Source of the DNA: Octopus bimaculoides
Taxonomy: Eukaryota
Assembly: GCF_001194135.2 (NCBI RefSeq)
Contig: NC_068984.1
Coordinates: 107,303,301 to 107,353,133 of the forward strand
Direction of reading: 5' to 3'
Length of the DNA: 49,833 nucleotides
Made by a program: the position numbers and the translations under genes. Below the pieces are notes generated by a model. That model was not told the origin of the DNA. It saw only the letters and a program-made list of their open reading frames with translations, and did not search any database. Position 1 is the stretch's first letter; each line of letters opens with the position of its first letter. Below, one piece after another: positions 1-12,200 of the stretch.

Positions 1-43
<43 letters not shown>

Positions 44-46
<3 letters not shown>

Positions 47-300
47 ATTGCTTCTTTAGTTTTTCTAAACTTCCACAGTCTTCCTTCATCAATTACAGAA
101 ATTTCATTTCATGGAACCAGACAATTTCCTTTCTTACATCATATATGTGCAACCATTCCTATCTTAATTTCCATCATAAAGTCTTTCAAATATTCATCTA
201 TTCTGACCTTCAGCTTCTTCCCCATTTTCTCTTACATAAGGCTTTCCATGAATTCATAAGGTGTTAAAATTACAGTTGTTTTGTAAAAGCTGCTCTTGTG
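44..300 (-). mobile_element. Penelope-like element GIY-YIG endonuclease C-terminal remnant (decayed)
   Basis: The minus strand reads HGKPYVRENG, then after a frameshift KKLKVRIDEYLKD...GMVAHI*CKKGNCLVP*NEISVIDEGRLWKFRKTKEAMF. This matches the PLE pattern CGKxYIGETGRxLKxRxxEH...W..RKxKEA. It runs into an (AT)n tract at 1-43. Confidence 0.7.
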
Positions 301-629
301 TACTTCTGGTGTGGAATCAGCGTAGTTTGGTAGCTCTTTCAGACATGCATATAAGTTAATAGTTTGAATTTAATTTGGTACTTCGTACACACATTAGAAA
401 ATTGATGACAATTGATCAAATCTGGTGAAATGGTAATAATGGAAAAAGCTTAGTAGCTGTGCATCAGATGAGAGAGACAGCAGAAAAAAGTCTCTCACTG
501 GTTATGGAGCAAGAGAGAAGAGTTAAGTTGGAAGACAGTTAGAAATGATGAGCTGTGATTTGGCCACATCAACTGACTCACCAATGCAAGGGTGTTGTGA
601 TTCAGAGTCGAAATGCCTAATGATCATTG

Positions 630-900
630 TAAAGCCTAGTATTTATTCTAATGATCTCTTTTGCCGACCACCACTGAGTTATGGGGATGTAAACACACCA
701 AAACCAGTTGTTAAGCAGTGGTGGGGGGACAAACAGAGAAACACACGTGTGCATGGACACAAACACACACACACACACACACATACGACAGGCTTCTTTC
801 AGTTTTTGTGTACCAAATCCAAGGCTATCGAAGAAGATACTCACCTAAGTTATCATGCAGTGGGACTGAACCTGGAACTATGTGGTGAGGAAGAAAGCTT
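630..900 (-). mobile_element. Partial tRNA/CORE-type octopus SINE (family A)
   Basis: Carries reverse-complement modules also seen in the 14950 copy: ggggatgtaaacacacc, gggggacaaacag, (CA)n, ggcttctttcagttt, gcagtgggactgaacc. Confidence 0.8.
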
Positions 901-2057
901 CATACAAATACTATATATATATATATATATATACTAGCAGAAAGACTGCCCTTCAGGCAGTTTTCTGCTAGCCACTCGATAATATTTCCCCATTTGATTC
1001 CCAATTCTAATAATTTTTGTATTTTAGGTCTAATTATTTTCTTGTATTATAGTACTCACTTGCTTAGTAAATATTGCTTTCATTATTTTATCACAGTCAT
1101 AATCTCTGATTTTAAAACAAACATCAAAGTAGTCCAACTACGTTTAATGTGTGAAAAAATAGCAGCGATCACATGGAGATATTTTAATACGTATAGCCTA
1201 TCAAATAGCCTTAGCAACAAATTCACTTGCTTATTCTTAGATAACGATGGAAAGGAAATAAATCACATGAGTTCAAAGTTTCAGTAAGTTTTAATAAGTT
1301 GTCCAATATAATTTATTTTCAGTATGTATAAAGATTAAACTGAGGGCATTTACACAGTGAATGTAAGTCAACAAAATACCTGATTTCCTCAGCTGAAATA
1401 ACAGAATAAATCTTGAAATGAAAAATTGCAATGAATATGTATTAAGTAGATTATTATTAATGAAAACAATGTTTAAATTTGTGATAGTAAATAATAACAG
1501 ATGCTTTGAAAGGACCTTTATATATTAACAGAGGAAATTATTAAAATTTTCCACAGAATCAAGCCTATAATTTGGCTATTATGGAGGGTGTGAGTAACTA
1601 ACGGACATCACAGAAATTTATATGTAGATATATAGCTGAGTCAATCTGTTTAATATATTTATCATTAATAATTGGTAGAACTTGCATATGTATGTATAGA
1701 TAGATAGATAAATGGATGGACGGACAGACATGCATGCACACACACACACACACACACACAAGTTTGGTGCTGTGAGAAAACATGGGAATGGCATTTCCTT
1801 ACTTTTTCAAATATATCCAAATTTAAAATGATCTAATATAACGATGTCATTCATCTGGCATGTGTTGAAATATGCCAAAACAATTTAATTCTTCACAAAT
1901 GTATGTTACTTTACATATAATTTATGTGTTAATTCTATTTACTGAAACTTGCTAAAAAGCATAGTTTGCTTTAAAGTAGTATCTCCTTGTAGACACAATT
2001 GTTAATAATCATACTGTTTCCATTTCTCTCAGCCAATATTTTTACATTAGCCTTTTT

Positions 2058-2720
2058 TCAAACTCTAGATAATGCAACATACAGCTGACCATGTGCGAAG
2101 AACTGTGTTGGAAGATATATTCCAATTTGTTCAAAAGTCTGTCCTTGTGCCTTGTTGCACGTCAANNNNNNNNNNTTCAGTTTGAGAATGTGTGGTGGAA
2201 ACCCTGATAGTGTAAGTTTGTTGATGAATCTGATTGGGTATGAAGTTTCATTATCAACTGTATCTGAGCTTCTGTATATATTTAGCTCACCAGGGAACCT
2301 GGTCAACAGATAATCATTCACAAATTGTGCTGCTTCATTTGTTCGAGTAACAGTGGTTCTTTTTGCAAGCCACACAGGGTTTGTGAAGTTATTTTTGAGG
2401 TCAGCATATACAAAATCACATAGATCTGAAAGAGTACCACTTTCAAGGCAAAGGTCATTGGGTAGTTTGATTTTGAATCCACCTAGGTTTTGTTCAACAG
2501 AAGTGTTACCATTTCCTACATCAAGAAGGTAATTAGCAAACTCTCTTTCACCATTATTTTGAAGTAGAATATTCTTATCTAGAGATACCCTAACCAGCCG
2601 GTCATATGTAGTGGAAACAGAATCATATCTACGTCTCAGTGCATATTCAGACATCTGCTTCAGTTGTTCTGCCCTGGTTTCATCTGATTCAGTTGCCCAT
2701 CCATTCTCTCTGCCATTGAG
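2058..2720 (-). pseudogene. Helitron RepHel PIF1-helicase C-terminal fragment
   Basis: FANYLLDVGNG...RTTVTRTNEAAQFVNDYLLTRFPGE...YRSSDT...SGFPPHILKL-[10-N gap][34 protein letters not shown] are hallmark PIF1/Helitron helicase motifs (Txx[19 protein letters not shown]). Confidence 0.92.
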
Positions 2721-2774
2721 CCTTTGCTGCTAAATTTTCTTTTTCAGTCACATATATGTGAAAGTTCATTAATA

Positions 2775-3545
2775 ATTATCTTATTTAGCGTGCTAGAAAT
2801 AGCAGCGATCACAGAGTTATTATTGGTAAGGCTTATAGCATTCCAAGCAGCCATACCAACAAAATCACTTCTTTATTTAAATAAAACAAATTATACCAGT
2901 GTATTAAAGAATTTTCATTTTATCAAAAATATTCATTTAACAAACTCCAGAAACTGATATTATTCTTGAAATTGTGCCTCATATCAAAATTATACAGCTA
3001 TTTTGTGTAAACACGAAATGGAAAGAATGGGTAAGTGAAAGCTTGTTAAAAACTATCTTGTTTAGCATGCTAGACATAGCAGCAATCACATAGTTTTTAT
3101 TGCAAGACTTATAATGTTTCAAGCAGCCATACCAACAAAATCACTTCTTTATTTAANNNNNNNNNNNNNNNNNNNNNNNNNNNNNNNNNNNNNNNNNNNN
3201 NNNNNTCATATCAAAATTATACAGCTATTTTGTGTAAACACGAAATGGAAAGAATGGGTAAGTGAAAGCTTGTTAAAAATTATCTTGTTTAGCACTGCCT
3301 TTTGGCCAAGATCAATATCAATTTCTAATATTTTATGCTAGAAATAGCAGCAATCACATAGTTATTATTGCAAGACTTATAGTGTTTCAAGCAGCCATAC
3401 CAATGAAATCACTTCTTCATTTAAAAAAAAATTGTACCTGTATATTAAAGAATTTTCATTTTATCAAAAATATTCATTTAACAAACTCAGGAAACTGACA
3501 ATATTCTTGAAACTATGCCTCGTTTCAAAGTTATATAGCTATTAT
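2775..3545. repeat. About three diverged tandem copies of a ~270 bp unit inside the Helitron
   Basis: gctagaaatagcagc(g/a)atcaca occurs at ~2792, ~3069 and ~3337. tcatatcaaaattatacagctattttgtgtaaacacgaaatggaaag occurs at ~2978 and ~3206. Confidence 0.85.
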
Positions 3546-4570
3546 TAAATTATCATTAATGAAAATAGAGGTGAGCGAGAATGAGAGACTGTTGGAAATG
3601 AAACTGTAAAATGTCGCCTGCAACAAATTGATATTGTTTATTATTAAACATTAAAAGCTCCTCTGCAGTGAATGCAATGTATACTTAAATTTATGAAGAA
3701 TTGGACACAGTGAATGCAATCAATATTTAAATTTACGAGAATTTGGAGATTAAAAACTTCAGTAAACTTCTGAAATCAAAATTATAGGAAATTTCTTAGA
3801 ACATGAATTTATAAAAATATTTCCAGTTGGTGAAACTTTTAATATTGCTTTCTTTTAGTACTTTTAGTAATTGTTACATACCTAATTAATAAGCAGCTTC
3901 CTCCATTATATTATAGATATATACACACACATGCACACAGAGCAGGCTTCCATACAATGTCTATCCACCAAATTCAGTCACATGTCATTAATCAGCCTGG
4001 GTCTATAGAAGAAGACATTGCATAAGGTGCTGCATAGTGGGACCAAACCCTAAGCCACCTGTTTGGAAAACAAGCTTCTTAACCACACAGTTATCTCAGT
4101 AATTAGATCTTTGTTATATAACAAAATGTTTTGATGCTATACTGTGTGTAATGCTATCACAATTACAATATAATTCAATGAAATAGTGTAGATGCTTGTG
4201 TGTTTGTGTGTGTGTATGTAAATGCTTTAAATAGTTGATCTGACTTTTCCATGATGTTTCAATACAGGATTGCAGATCAAGTATCCAACCATATAACACA
4301 GCAACTCCCACACATATATGCACACCTTCATATACAAATATGTTCTTTCAAATCTGCAATATATTATGAACAGATTACAATTTCTGTTCTTGAGAATAGA
4401 TCCTCATTAACGATTTCCTCTGTGTAGCCAAATCCATTTCAATAAATTTTATATGGCATGGAACGGAAAATGTTTCACAAGCAGAAAAGCGTCTCCCTGA
4501 CAGCAGGATATAAGTGTTAAATCTACTAAGATTTAATCTTTGGTATGTGTGTGTATATCTATATATATTT

Positions 4571-4606
<36 letters not shown>

Positions 4607-4764
4607 CTATATTGGTAAATAGATAGATATGCATAGACACAAACACACATACACATTTACAGACATATGATCGAACCAATTCCAAAGAAGCTAATGCTGG
4701 TCTGCATTGGCAAGACATATTATTTATATGTATGTATGTATGTATTTATGTACATATCTATGTA

Positions 4765-4829
<65 letters not shown>

Positions 4830-5421
4830 GTTTGAAGAATTTAGTTGCATATCCATTAAGTGCCTAATCCGCAGGAAGCATGTGATATGAATTCTTATTG
4901 ATGAATATGTCACATATCTGCTTTCAGTTTTATTGTTTAGCAATCTATACTATTTAATACAGTATATTGGCAAAATCCTTAGAATGTTGTGTGAAATAAT
5001 AAGCAGTATTTTGTCATGGCTCTTTACATTATGAATTTAAATCTGGTCAAAAGTCGATTTTTGTCTTTCATCCTTCCAAGGGAGAAATGAAATAAGATTG
5101 TAATCACATGCTAGGTGTCAATATAATCGACTCTCACCACCCTGCAAATGGCTATGGCATTGTGTCTAAACATCTTTTTACACTTAATATGTCAGTGACA
5201 AGATATATTCGCAGAACTATGTTTCTTCAGAGGAATTTTGCATGGATAAATTCTTTGAAGATATCATTTCTGACACAAAACTTACAGCAGACAAATTCCT
5301 GAAGATGAGAAGTGATTCTATGATTCTTTAGTGACTTACATCAGTCTGTCTTCAGCAAGTATTAGAGTAGTACCTCACCCTAATAACTCAGGCAGTTGAT
5401 GTACTTCTTCAGTTACCCATG

Positions 5422-5483
<62 letters not shown>

Positions 5484-5487
<4 letters not shown>

Positions 5488-6150
5488 CATCATCATCATC
5501 ATTTAACATCCTTCTTCTATGCTGGCATAAGTTGATGGGTTGGGTGGTTTGACAGAAGCTGGCCAGGCAGGAGCCTGCACCAGACTTCTGTGTCTGTTTT
5601 AGCAGGGATTTTACAGCTGGATGCCCTTCCAAATTCGAACCACTTTACAGTGTGGACTGATGCTTTTTAAGTGGCACCAACACTGGCAGGCTCACCAAGT
5701 AACCTGCAAGACAAGGATCCTTTGAGGACAGAGGGGCATTGGAGGAGGGGATCTTGTGTCAGATAGTGAAATGTTATATTGAGACAGATAGACAGAAACA
5801 GGTGTCTTGTTGTTGGGGAGGTACATGGTTACCTGGCCAGAGAGAGAGAGAGAGTCAGAGAGAGTGGGAGAGGAAAAGAGACAGACAGAGTGAGAGAGAA
5901 ACAGAGAGTGAGAGAGAGAAAATGGGGACAAAAACAAGTGTGCTGTTGTAGAGGGGATACATGGTTGCCCAACTTGAGGGAAGAGCAGGAGAAGGAGAGA
6001 GAGAGAGGATGGGAGACAACAGGAGTGCAAAAGAAAGTAGGAGAGAGATGGTTGCAAAATGCTGGGCATACTCACAAGAGACGGGGACCAGAATACAAGA
6101 GGGATGTTTGAGTAAAAGAAGACAGAGAGAAATGGTGGCAAGTGCTAGAG
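5484..6150 (-). mobile_element. Retroposon 3' region with (GAT)n tail (family D, RTE-like 3' UTR) plus GA-rich tract
   Basis: Plus-strand start catcatcatcatttaacatccttcttctatgctggcat... recurs at ~10110, ~13700 and ~37700, and in the opposite orientation at ~10620-10845 and 43369-43837. Confidence 0.7.
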
Positions 6151-6945
6151 CATACTCGTATATATATGTATGTATGTATTTATATATAGAGTAGGAAGGG
6201 TTTAGGCCACTGATAATTTAAACCAATAGGTATGCTGTGTAATGCTGTAAATGGTAATCCTTTAGGATCCAAGTTCACAATGGAGTTTGGACTTGGGGAT
6301 CCATAGCTTACTTCCGAGTCAGCGGGTATAAATTAAAGGCAGAGGAGCTTATAGATAATTTAAAATATTATACAACCAGGATTAGTTTCAGTTTGGTTGG
6401 TATCAACACAGTTAAACAGAAGTAAAACTGGAGAAAAAAGTTGAAACTCACTGATTTAGTGGATCGAATTAAAAAGTGATATAAGAAACTAGTTGAATAA
6501 ATAAAGTCACTTATGATTTCAGTTTGAAAATAATCCACTTCACATAAGCTACAGCGCTTGTTAAGAAAAGCTTGATTGTCTCACGGTCTTATAATGCACA
6601 TTTATTTTAAAATGTGACTCGATGTCTCAGGAGAGAATTGTTCTTTTATTTTATCTAAAACCGCTTTACAAACTTTTCACATATTGGAAGGGTCATTATG
6701 CCGACATTAAGCACATGCACTGGTTATATTTTACATCTTTTGTTTAAAGAAGTGGAAAAGAAATAGTACATATGTTTATTGTTGGCATAATGACCCTACC
6801 AAGATGCAATAAAATCTGTTTCAGTGCATAAGGTTAAATCAGGATCATGCAAACCAAATACATAAGCAAAATGTTTTAATGCTTTATAAATTACTGTTTT
6901 ACAAACAAATAAACTTTTTTGTTTTTTCTTTCTGTCTTTCAAAAG

Positions 6946-7057
6946 AATGTCCACAGAAAGTGCTGAGGCAATGGAAGAAAATTTGCAGAAGATAATGTAT
7001 GAATATGCCCATCTGGTGCCACGACGGGACATTGTAGCACTTGAAAAGCAGTATGAG
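6946..7057 (+). CDS. TSNAXIP1: TSNAXIP1-like, first visible coding exon: (x)MSTESAEAMEENLQKIMYEYAHLVPRRDIVALEKQYE
   Basis: Pyrimidine tract + AAAG acceptor and GAG|GTGTGT donor. VPRRD matches the recalled human motif FGDVVPRRDFEMQEK. Ends in phase 0. Confidence 0.85.
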
Positions 7058-7084
7058 GTGTGTATTGTTTTCAACTTAGATTTT

Positions 7085-7520
7085 ATGAGAATATATGGTA
7101 CAATATGACCATGAAATTGAATATCGCAAACCAGATTATGTTGATTAAGGAAGCTAAGAAACAGTGTTTGTTTCTAGATGTGGCTTGTCCAGCTGACAAT
7201 AAGGTTTATGGCAAACTGTTGAAGAAGATTGGGATATATGAACTACTAGCATTGGAGATAAAACATTTGTGAGCAATGGCAAAGTTTGTCATGGTCCCAG
7301 TTGTCATCAGGGCACTCAGTACTGAGTAAAAAATCAGTGGGAACATCAGGGTGGGGAACTTACTGAAAACAACACTCTTTGGAATTGCTAGAATACTTAG
7401 AAGAGTGATTGATAACTGAAGGTGCCACCTCAGTTTACAGGCTGTGGACAGCTGGTACCAGTATTACACTTCCAGCAACAAATGCTATGCAACAAGCAGA
7501 ATAATAATAATAATAATAAC
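7085..7520 (+). mobile_element. R4/Dong-like non-LTR retrotransposon 3' remnant (REL endonuclease, 3' UTR, (TAA)n tail)
   Basis: KQCLFLDVACPADNKVYGKLLKKIGIYELLALEIKHL*AMAKFVMVPVVIRALS...KTTLFGIARILRRVI matches the REL pattern CLIIDVACP.D...EK..KY..L..EI..LW...VIPVVVGALG...LGTARILRRVL. Confidence 0.8.
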
Positions 7521-9233
7521 AATAATTTCAAATTTTGGCACAAGTCCAGCAATTTTGGGGAAGCAGGTAGTTGATTACATTGACCCCATTGCACACTTGC
7601 TGACTGAGGCATTTAATAACAGACCATCGTAAGCGCCACAACCTAAAAACCGAGAAGAACACAAAGTTTTGCGACTTTCAGAATGCGATATCTCTGCAAG
7701 GAATGGAGTTAGGAGGTTGGTTTTGATCTTAAAATGACCGTGAAGACCTCCTCTAATCATTCCACCTATGTAAAATTATTTATTTATGTATGCATCTGAA
7801 AGATAAAACAATGACTGTGTTTTTCTCATTTTGTGGAATATACCGGTACTACGAAACAGTGTATTGCATTGCATATTTTAGCCATAATACCTAGAAAAAC
7901 ATATGGAAACCCACCCAATGGTATCGTTTGTGTTTTAATATACCAAGGTAAGTATCTTTAAGAGGTAAGTAAAACAAGATAGTAAGATAATAGCCCATTA
8001 TTGTTACGAGGAATAATGAGGAATATCAGGAAATGAGCCTTAACACCTCGAAAAGCAATACAGGGACCACACCAAAGTTATTGGTGTGGTCTAGTAAATA
8101 TACAAATTCTAGTAATTCTAGTAAATATACAAATTGTCCTATATACCTCTACAACATACCCACCCAAACATCATCTCTGTCTCACACCCTTCCCTTGCCT
8201 ACTATGTCATCTTTACTGTTCTGCTGCTCTTCAGCCCTGGTTACCCCACCTCACCCTTTATTCGCTATTCATTATATCCACCCTTCAATCATACCCAATC
8301 TCTGCAGTTGTCACCTATTGTTCCCTACTTCACCTACTTGTCATCCACTCAATGCTTATTCTTCATTCATTATATTCAACCGCCCCTTCATCCATTTCCC
8401 ATCTCTTACTTTCCCATACACCCTTGCAACCTCTACTCACTCATGCTCTCAGTTTTTCTGTCCCCATTCACTTCTACTCACTTCATAACTTCAGGGTCCA
8501 TGCAGATATCTCATCATCACTATTTTTATCTTTTCCCAGCTCTACCCCAACCTACTGCCCCACTTTTTTAAAATGTGAGTTGCCATTTAGTTTCTCTACA
8601 GCAAGAAGTCACTAGTGCTGATTCCATGAAAATAGTACACAGTACATGCTGTAAAGTGCTTGGTGTTTTGAAGGACATCCAGCTTTAGATTCCATTCCAA
8701 AGAAGACACTGAAGCGGTTGGAGAAACCATCCAACCTGTGCTAGCTTGGAACTTGAACATTAAATGATGATGACGAAGCCAATGACAGTTATGATTATGA
8801 TGACGATGAAATTATTATTATTATGGCTGGGTTCCAGCCTAGGCCACAGCAACATTTCTCAGTCCAACATCACTGACTCAAGGTTTTGGATAAATTCTAG
8901 GCCAGTGTCTGTGATCTAGTTGTCGATGTAAGTGTGACAACATTATCCTCTTCTTATGTCACCATGAAGTGGGTTCCACAAGTTTATTTGGATCCTTCCT
9001 GTTCAGAGTGGCACATGCATTGATAGTCTTTGCTTAATGTTCATGCGAAATTTCAGCAGGTCTCCATGATGAAATTAGTACATTTCATATACAAATTTTC
9101 AACACACTTTAGATTGTTCCATCATCACTCCTCTATCTAAACAAATTAAAAACCTCCTATTTATAAAAATAAACACAAAAATAATTTTAAAAGCAAACAC
9201 TAAACATGGTTTTTATTCTGTAATATTTTGCAG

Positions 9234-9295
9234 GCAATAAGAAAAAAGAAGATTCAGTTATTAAAGGACATTGAACAACTGAGAAAAGAATATAA
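9234..9295 (+). CDS. TSNAXIP1: TSNAXIP1-like exon: AIRKKKIQLLKDIEQLRKEY (coiled coil)
   Basis: ttttgCAG acceptor and AA|GTAAAT donor. 62 nt, phase 0 to phase 2, compatible with both neighbours. Confidence 0.75.
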
Positions 9296-12200
9296 GTAAA
9301 TACCAGTGTACTTCACTTTCTTTTTAAAACTTTACTCTGAAATAATTTATTTCACACTAGTTATTTCCTTTTAATTCATGTAATTTCTTGATGTTGTTGT
9401 TGTTGTTGATGGCAGTGTTGTTGTTGGTAATAGTAGCAGTAGTAATAGTGGTAGTGATGGCATCAACATTATCAGCACTGTTGTTTAACAACATATTAAA
9501 TCTGATGGCTGGTGTTCCAGTCCTGGCTATATTTTTTTTTTATATCAGGGGGTTACATTTCTAGTATGTCCCTTTTTTTGTAATATTGTAGGCTTTGATT
9601 TAAAAAAGAATCAGCTGCAATTTCAAACAAATTATCAAAAAAAACATAAGGGCTCTCTAACTGGCTCGTTTTACAAAATAATTAAATTAGTGTTAACATA
9701 TTTAATGTACTGAGTATCAAAAATCTAAGAAAAAATACTTACTTGGTTAAGGAAAAGACAACATCAGCTCAATGTCTAATGTTATTTTAATCATTGTGGC
9801 AACTAAGGGAAACAATTCTGGATATGTTTTGGCCTTATTAGAGATTCTCAGTGAAGCATAGACTTCTGAACTTGACAATTTATTGATGAGAAGATCACAG
9901 AGTAACATCAAGGTCAACCTCTTGAAATTAAACATTGTTATTCTAGGAAGTAAAAGACAAAACACTTTAAACAGGATTGTCTTCAGCATTGTCCTAATGA
10001 TCATTTACAGCCACTCTGAAAATAATATTAATGTAATAGTAATAATATTAATGTTCATCGTTGTTTACCTCAAGGTTTTTTACAATGTATATTCATCATC
10101 ACCTTTGTCATCATCATCATTATAATTTAACATCCACTTTTTCATGGGTCAGAGGGAATTTGCTGAGGCAGATTTTCTGTGGCTGGGAGTCCTTCCTGCT
10201 ACCAACCCTCTCCTGTTTTCAAGCAGGTTAATACTTCCCCATGACCAGATATAATTTTCGTGGAAGATTGAAAATGAACAACATCATTTGTATGATGGTG
10301 AAGCTTGTTTACAATCATTACATGATGTCAAGACAAGAGTACACGACAAATACACAAATATATACAATATGTGTGTGTGTATTCTTTTATTCTTTTACTT
10401 GTTTTAGCCATTTGACTGCATCCATGCTGGAGCACCACCTTGAAGGGTTTTTCTGTGTACCAAATCCACTCATAAGGCATTGGTCAGCTTGAGGCTATAG
10501 TAGAAGACACTTGCCCAGAGTGCCACACAGTGGGACTGAACCCAGATCCATGTGATTGAGAAGCAAGTTTCCTACCACACAGCTATGCCTGTTCCTATAT
10601 ATATATATATATATNNNNNNNNNNGCGTGGCCGTTGCCAGTACCACCTGACTGGCCTTTGTGCCAGTGGCACGTAAAAGCACCCACTACACTCTCGGAGT
10701 GGTTGGCGTTAGGAAGGGCACCCAGCTGTAGAAACTCTGCCAAATCAGATTGGAGCCTGGTGTAGCCATCTGGTTTCACCAGTCCTCAGTCAAATCGTCC
10801 AACCCATGCTAGCATGGAAAGCGGATGTTAAACGATGATGATGATGATATATATATGTATGTATGTATATATATATATACAATGGGTTTCTGTTGTATGG
10901 GGCTATAGTAGATGCTTACCCAAGGTGCCATATAGTGGGACTGAACCCAAGACCACATGGTTATATGAGACTACATAATCAAATAGCACACACCTTTGAC
11001 TAGATACATCAGTGTCATTTAACAAAATAATCTCAAACCCAATGTAACAAAAGTATGGTAATAAAAGTGATCCCCACCAACCAGGATCAGGTTACTTCCC
11101 CTGCTTATGGTCCCTATCATGCCAATGATGCCAGCTCCTAAGAACTCTTTGACACTATAAGGCTTCAACTTACCCCCTATCACTTCCCCCACCATTCCAG
11201 AATAATCAAAATCAAGCAAGTCAGCTCATGTGATGTTGTAGGTCACATGACTCTATGGTTGTATTAGATTTTCTCACACATAAACTGCCGTTTCATTACT
11301 TATGAATTGTACTTGATGTCCTCGTGCACCATATGTTTTACGGTCGACTCCCCACATACTGAGTCCTCATCAATCCACTGAGTGGTTGTCATTGATGATA
11401 CTTTTGACCCACTAGACTAGTCTCACTGTCCTGATAATATTTAGTTACTAAGATTTTTCTTTCCTATGACCATTGACGGCATATCTCTACCCAAGGCTTC
11501 TTGCTCTTTTCTGACCTTTAAAAAAAAAGGCTCAATCATGATCAAGAAGCTGGCGATCTGTAAGTTGCTTTGATAGGTGGATGGGCCCATGAGTTAGGTG
11601 TTCCTTTCCATTTCCTTCATCAGATTACATACAATCTACCATATTGATACTATCAATACATCTGAATGAGAGATTAGTAAGTTAAAATTCACTGCTTGCT
11701 ATATATTAATATGTTACGTCATCTTTCATTTATGGCCCACTAAATTTGTTTGGTAACACTATGTGCACTCCATGTATACTCAAACATGGGTTGATTTAAT
11801 TAATACAGGGGTTGATTTAATTAATTAACTTTCCTTTTTCCAAACCCCTATGGTTAAAATGCTGTTATGAGATACCTAGTGCATCAAAGACATTTGACAT
11901 TTGCCTCATGGAAAATTTCACAGTTGCAATGCTATAAGTCCTTATTATCAAAGATAAAGTTGTGACAATAATGACATTTTTTAAACTTTTCCCTCCAATG
12001 TTCATTGAGAGCAATAAAATATAAAGTAGTTATTCTCATCAGTTGTAGCCTTTCCTATAATGTGCTAATGGATGTTATCATTATTTATTACTATTAGGAT
12101 CATATATGAATATAAACATGAAGGAATATTCAATATAATTATAAACCCTTTTGATATCAACTCACCTGAATCTCCTTCTATTATACAGGATTCCCAAATT

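Larger units (their letters stand above)
934..3919 (-). mobile_element. Internally deleted Helitron with both termini
   Basis: On the minus strand the 5' end is A|TCTATATAAT (3920/3919). The 3' end is a hairpin ctagcagaaa-actgcc...ggcagt-c-tttctgCTAG|T (970-934). A PIF1 helicase remnant lies inside in the same orientation. Confidence 0.8.

Noticed and set aside
436-542. Short + frame ...AVHQMRETAEKSLSLVMEQERRVKLEDS, faintly like the TSNAXIP1 N-terminal coiled coil
   Set aside because: Bounded by stops, no pyrimidine tract before the AG sites, and similarity too weak.
5692-6194. Overlapping 110-149 aa ORFs (RERE/LSLS-rich)
   Set aside because: Derived from the (GA)n-rich part of a retroposon.
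6220-6345. CCAAT, ACTTCCG and TATAAA motifs upstream of the ATG-containing exon
   Set aside because: The 6946 exon has an acceptor and homology implies upstream coding exons. Such short motifs occur by chance.
8033-8615. Three overlapping S/P/L/H-rich ORFs
   Set aside because: Pyrimidine-rich repeat-derived sequence with no recognisable domain.
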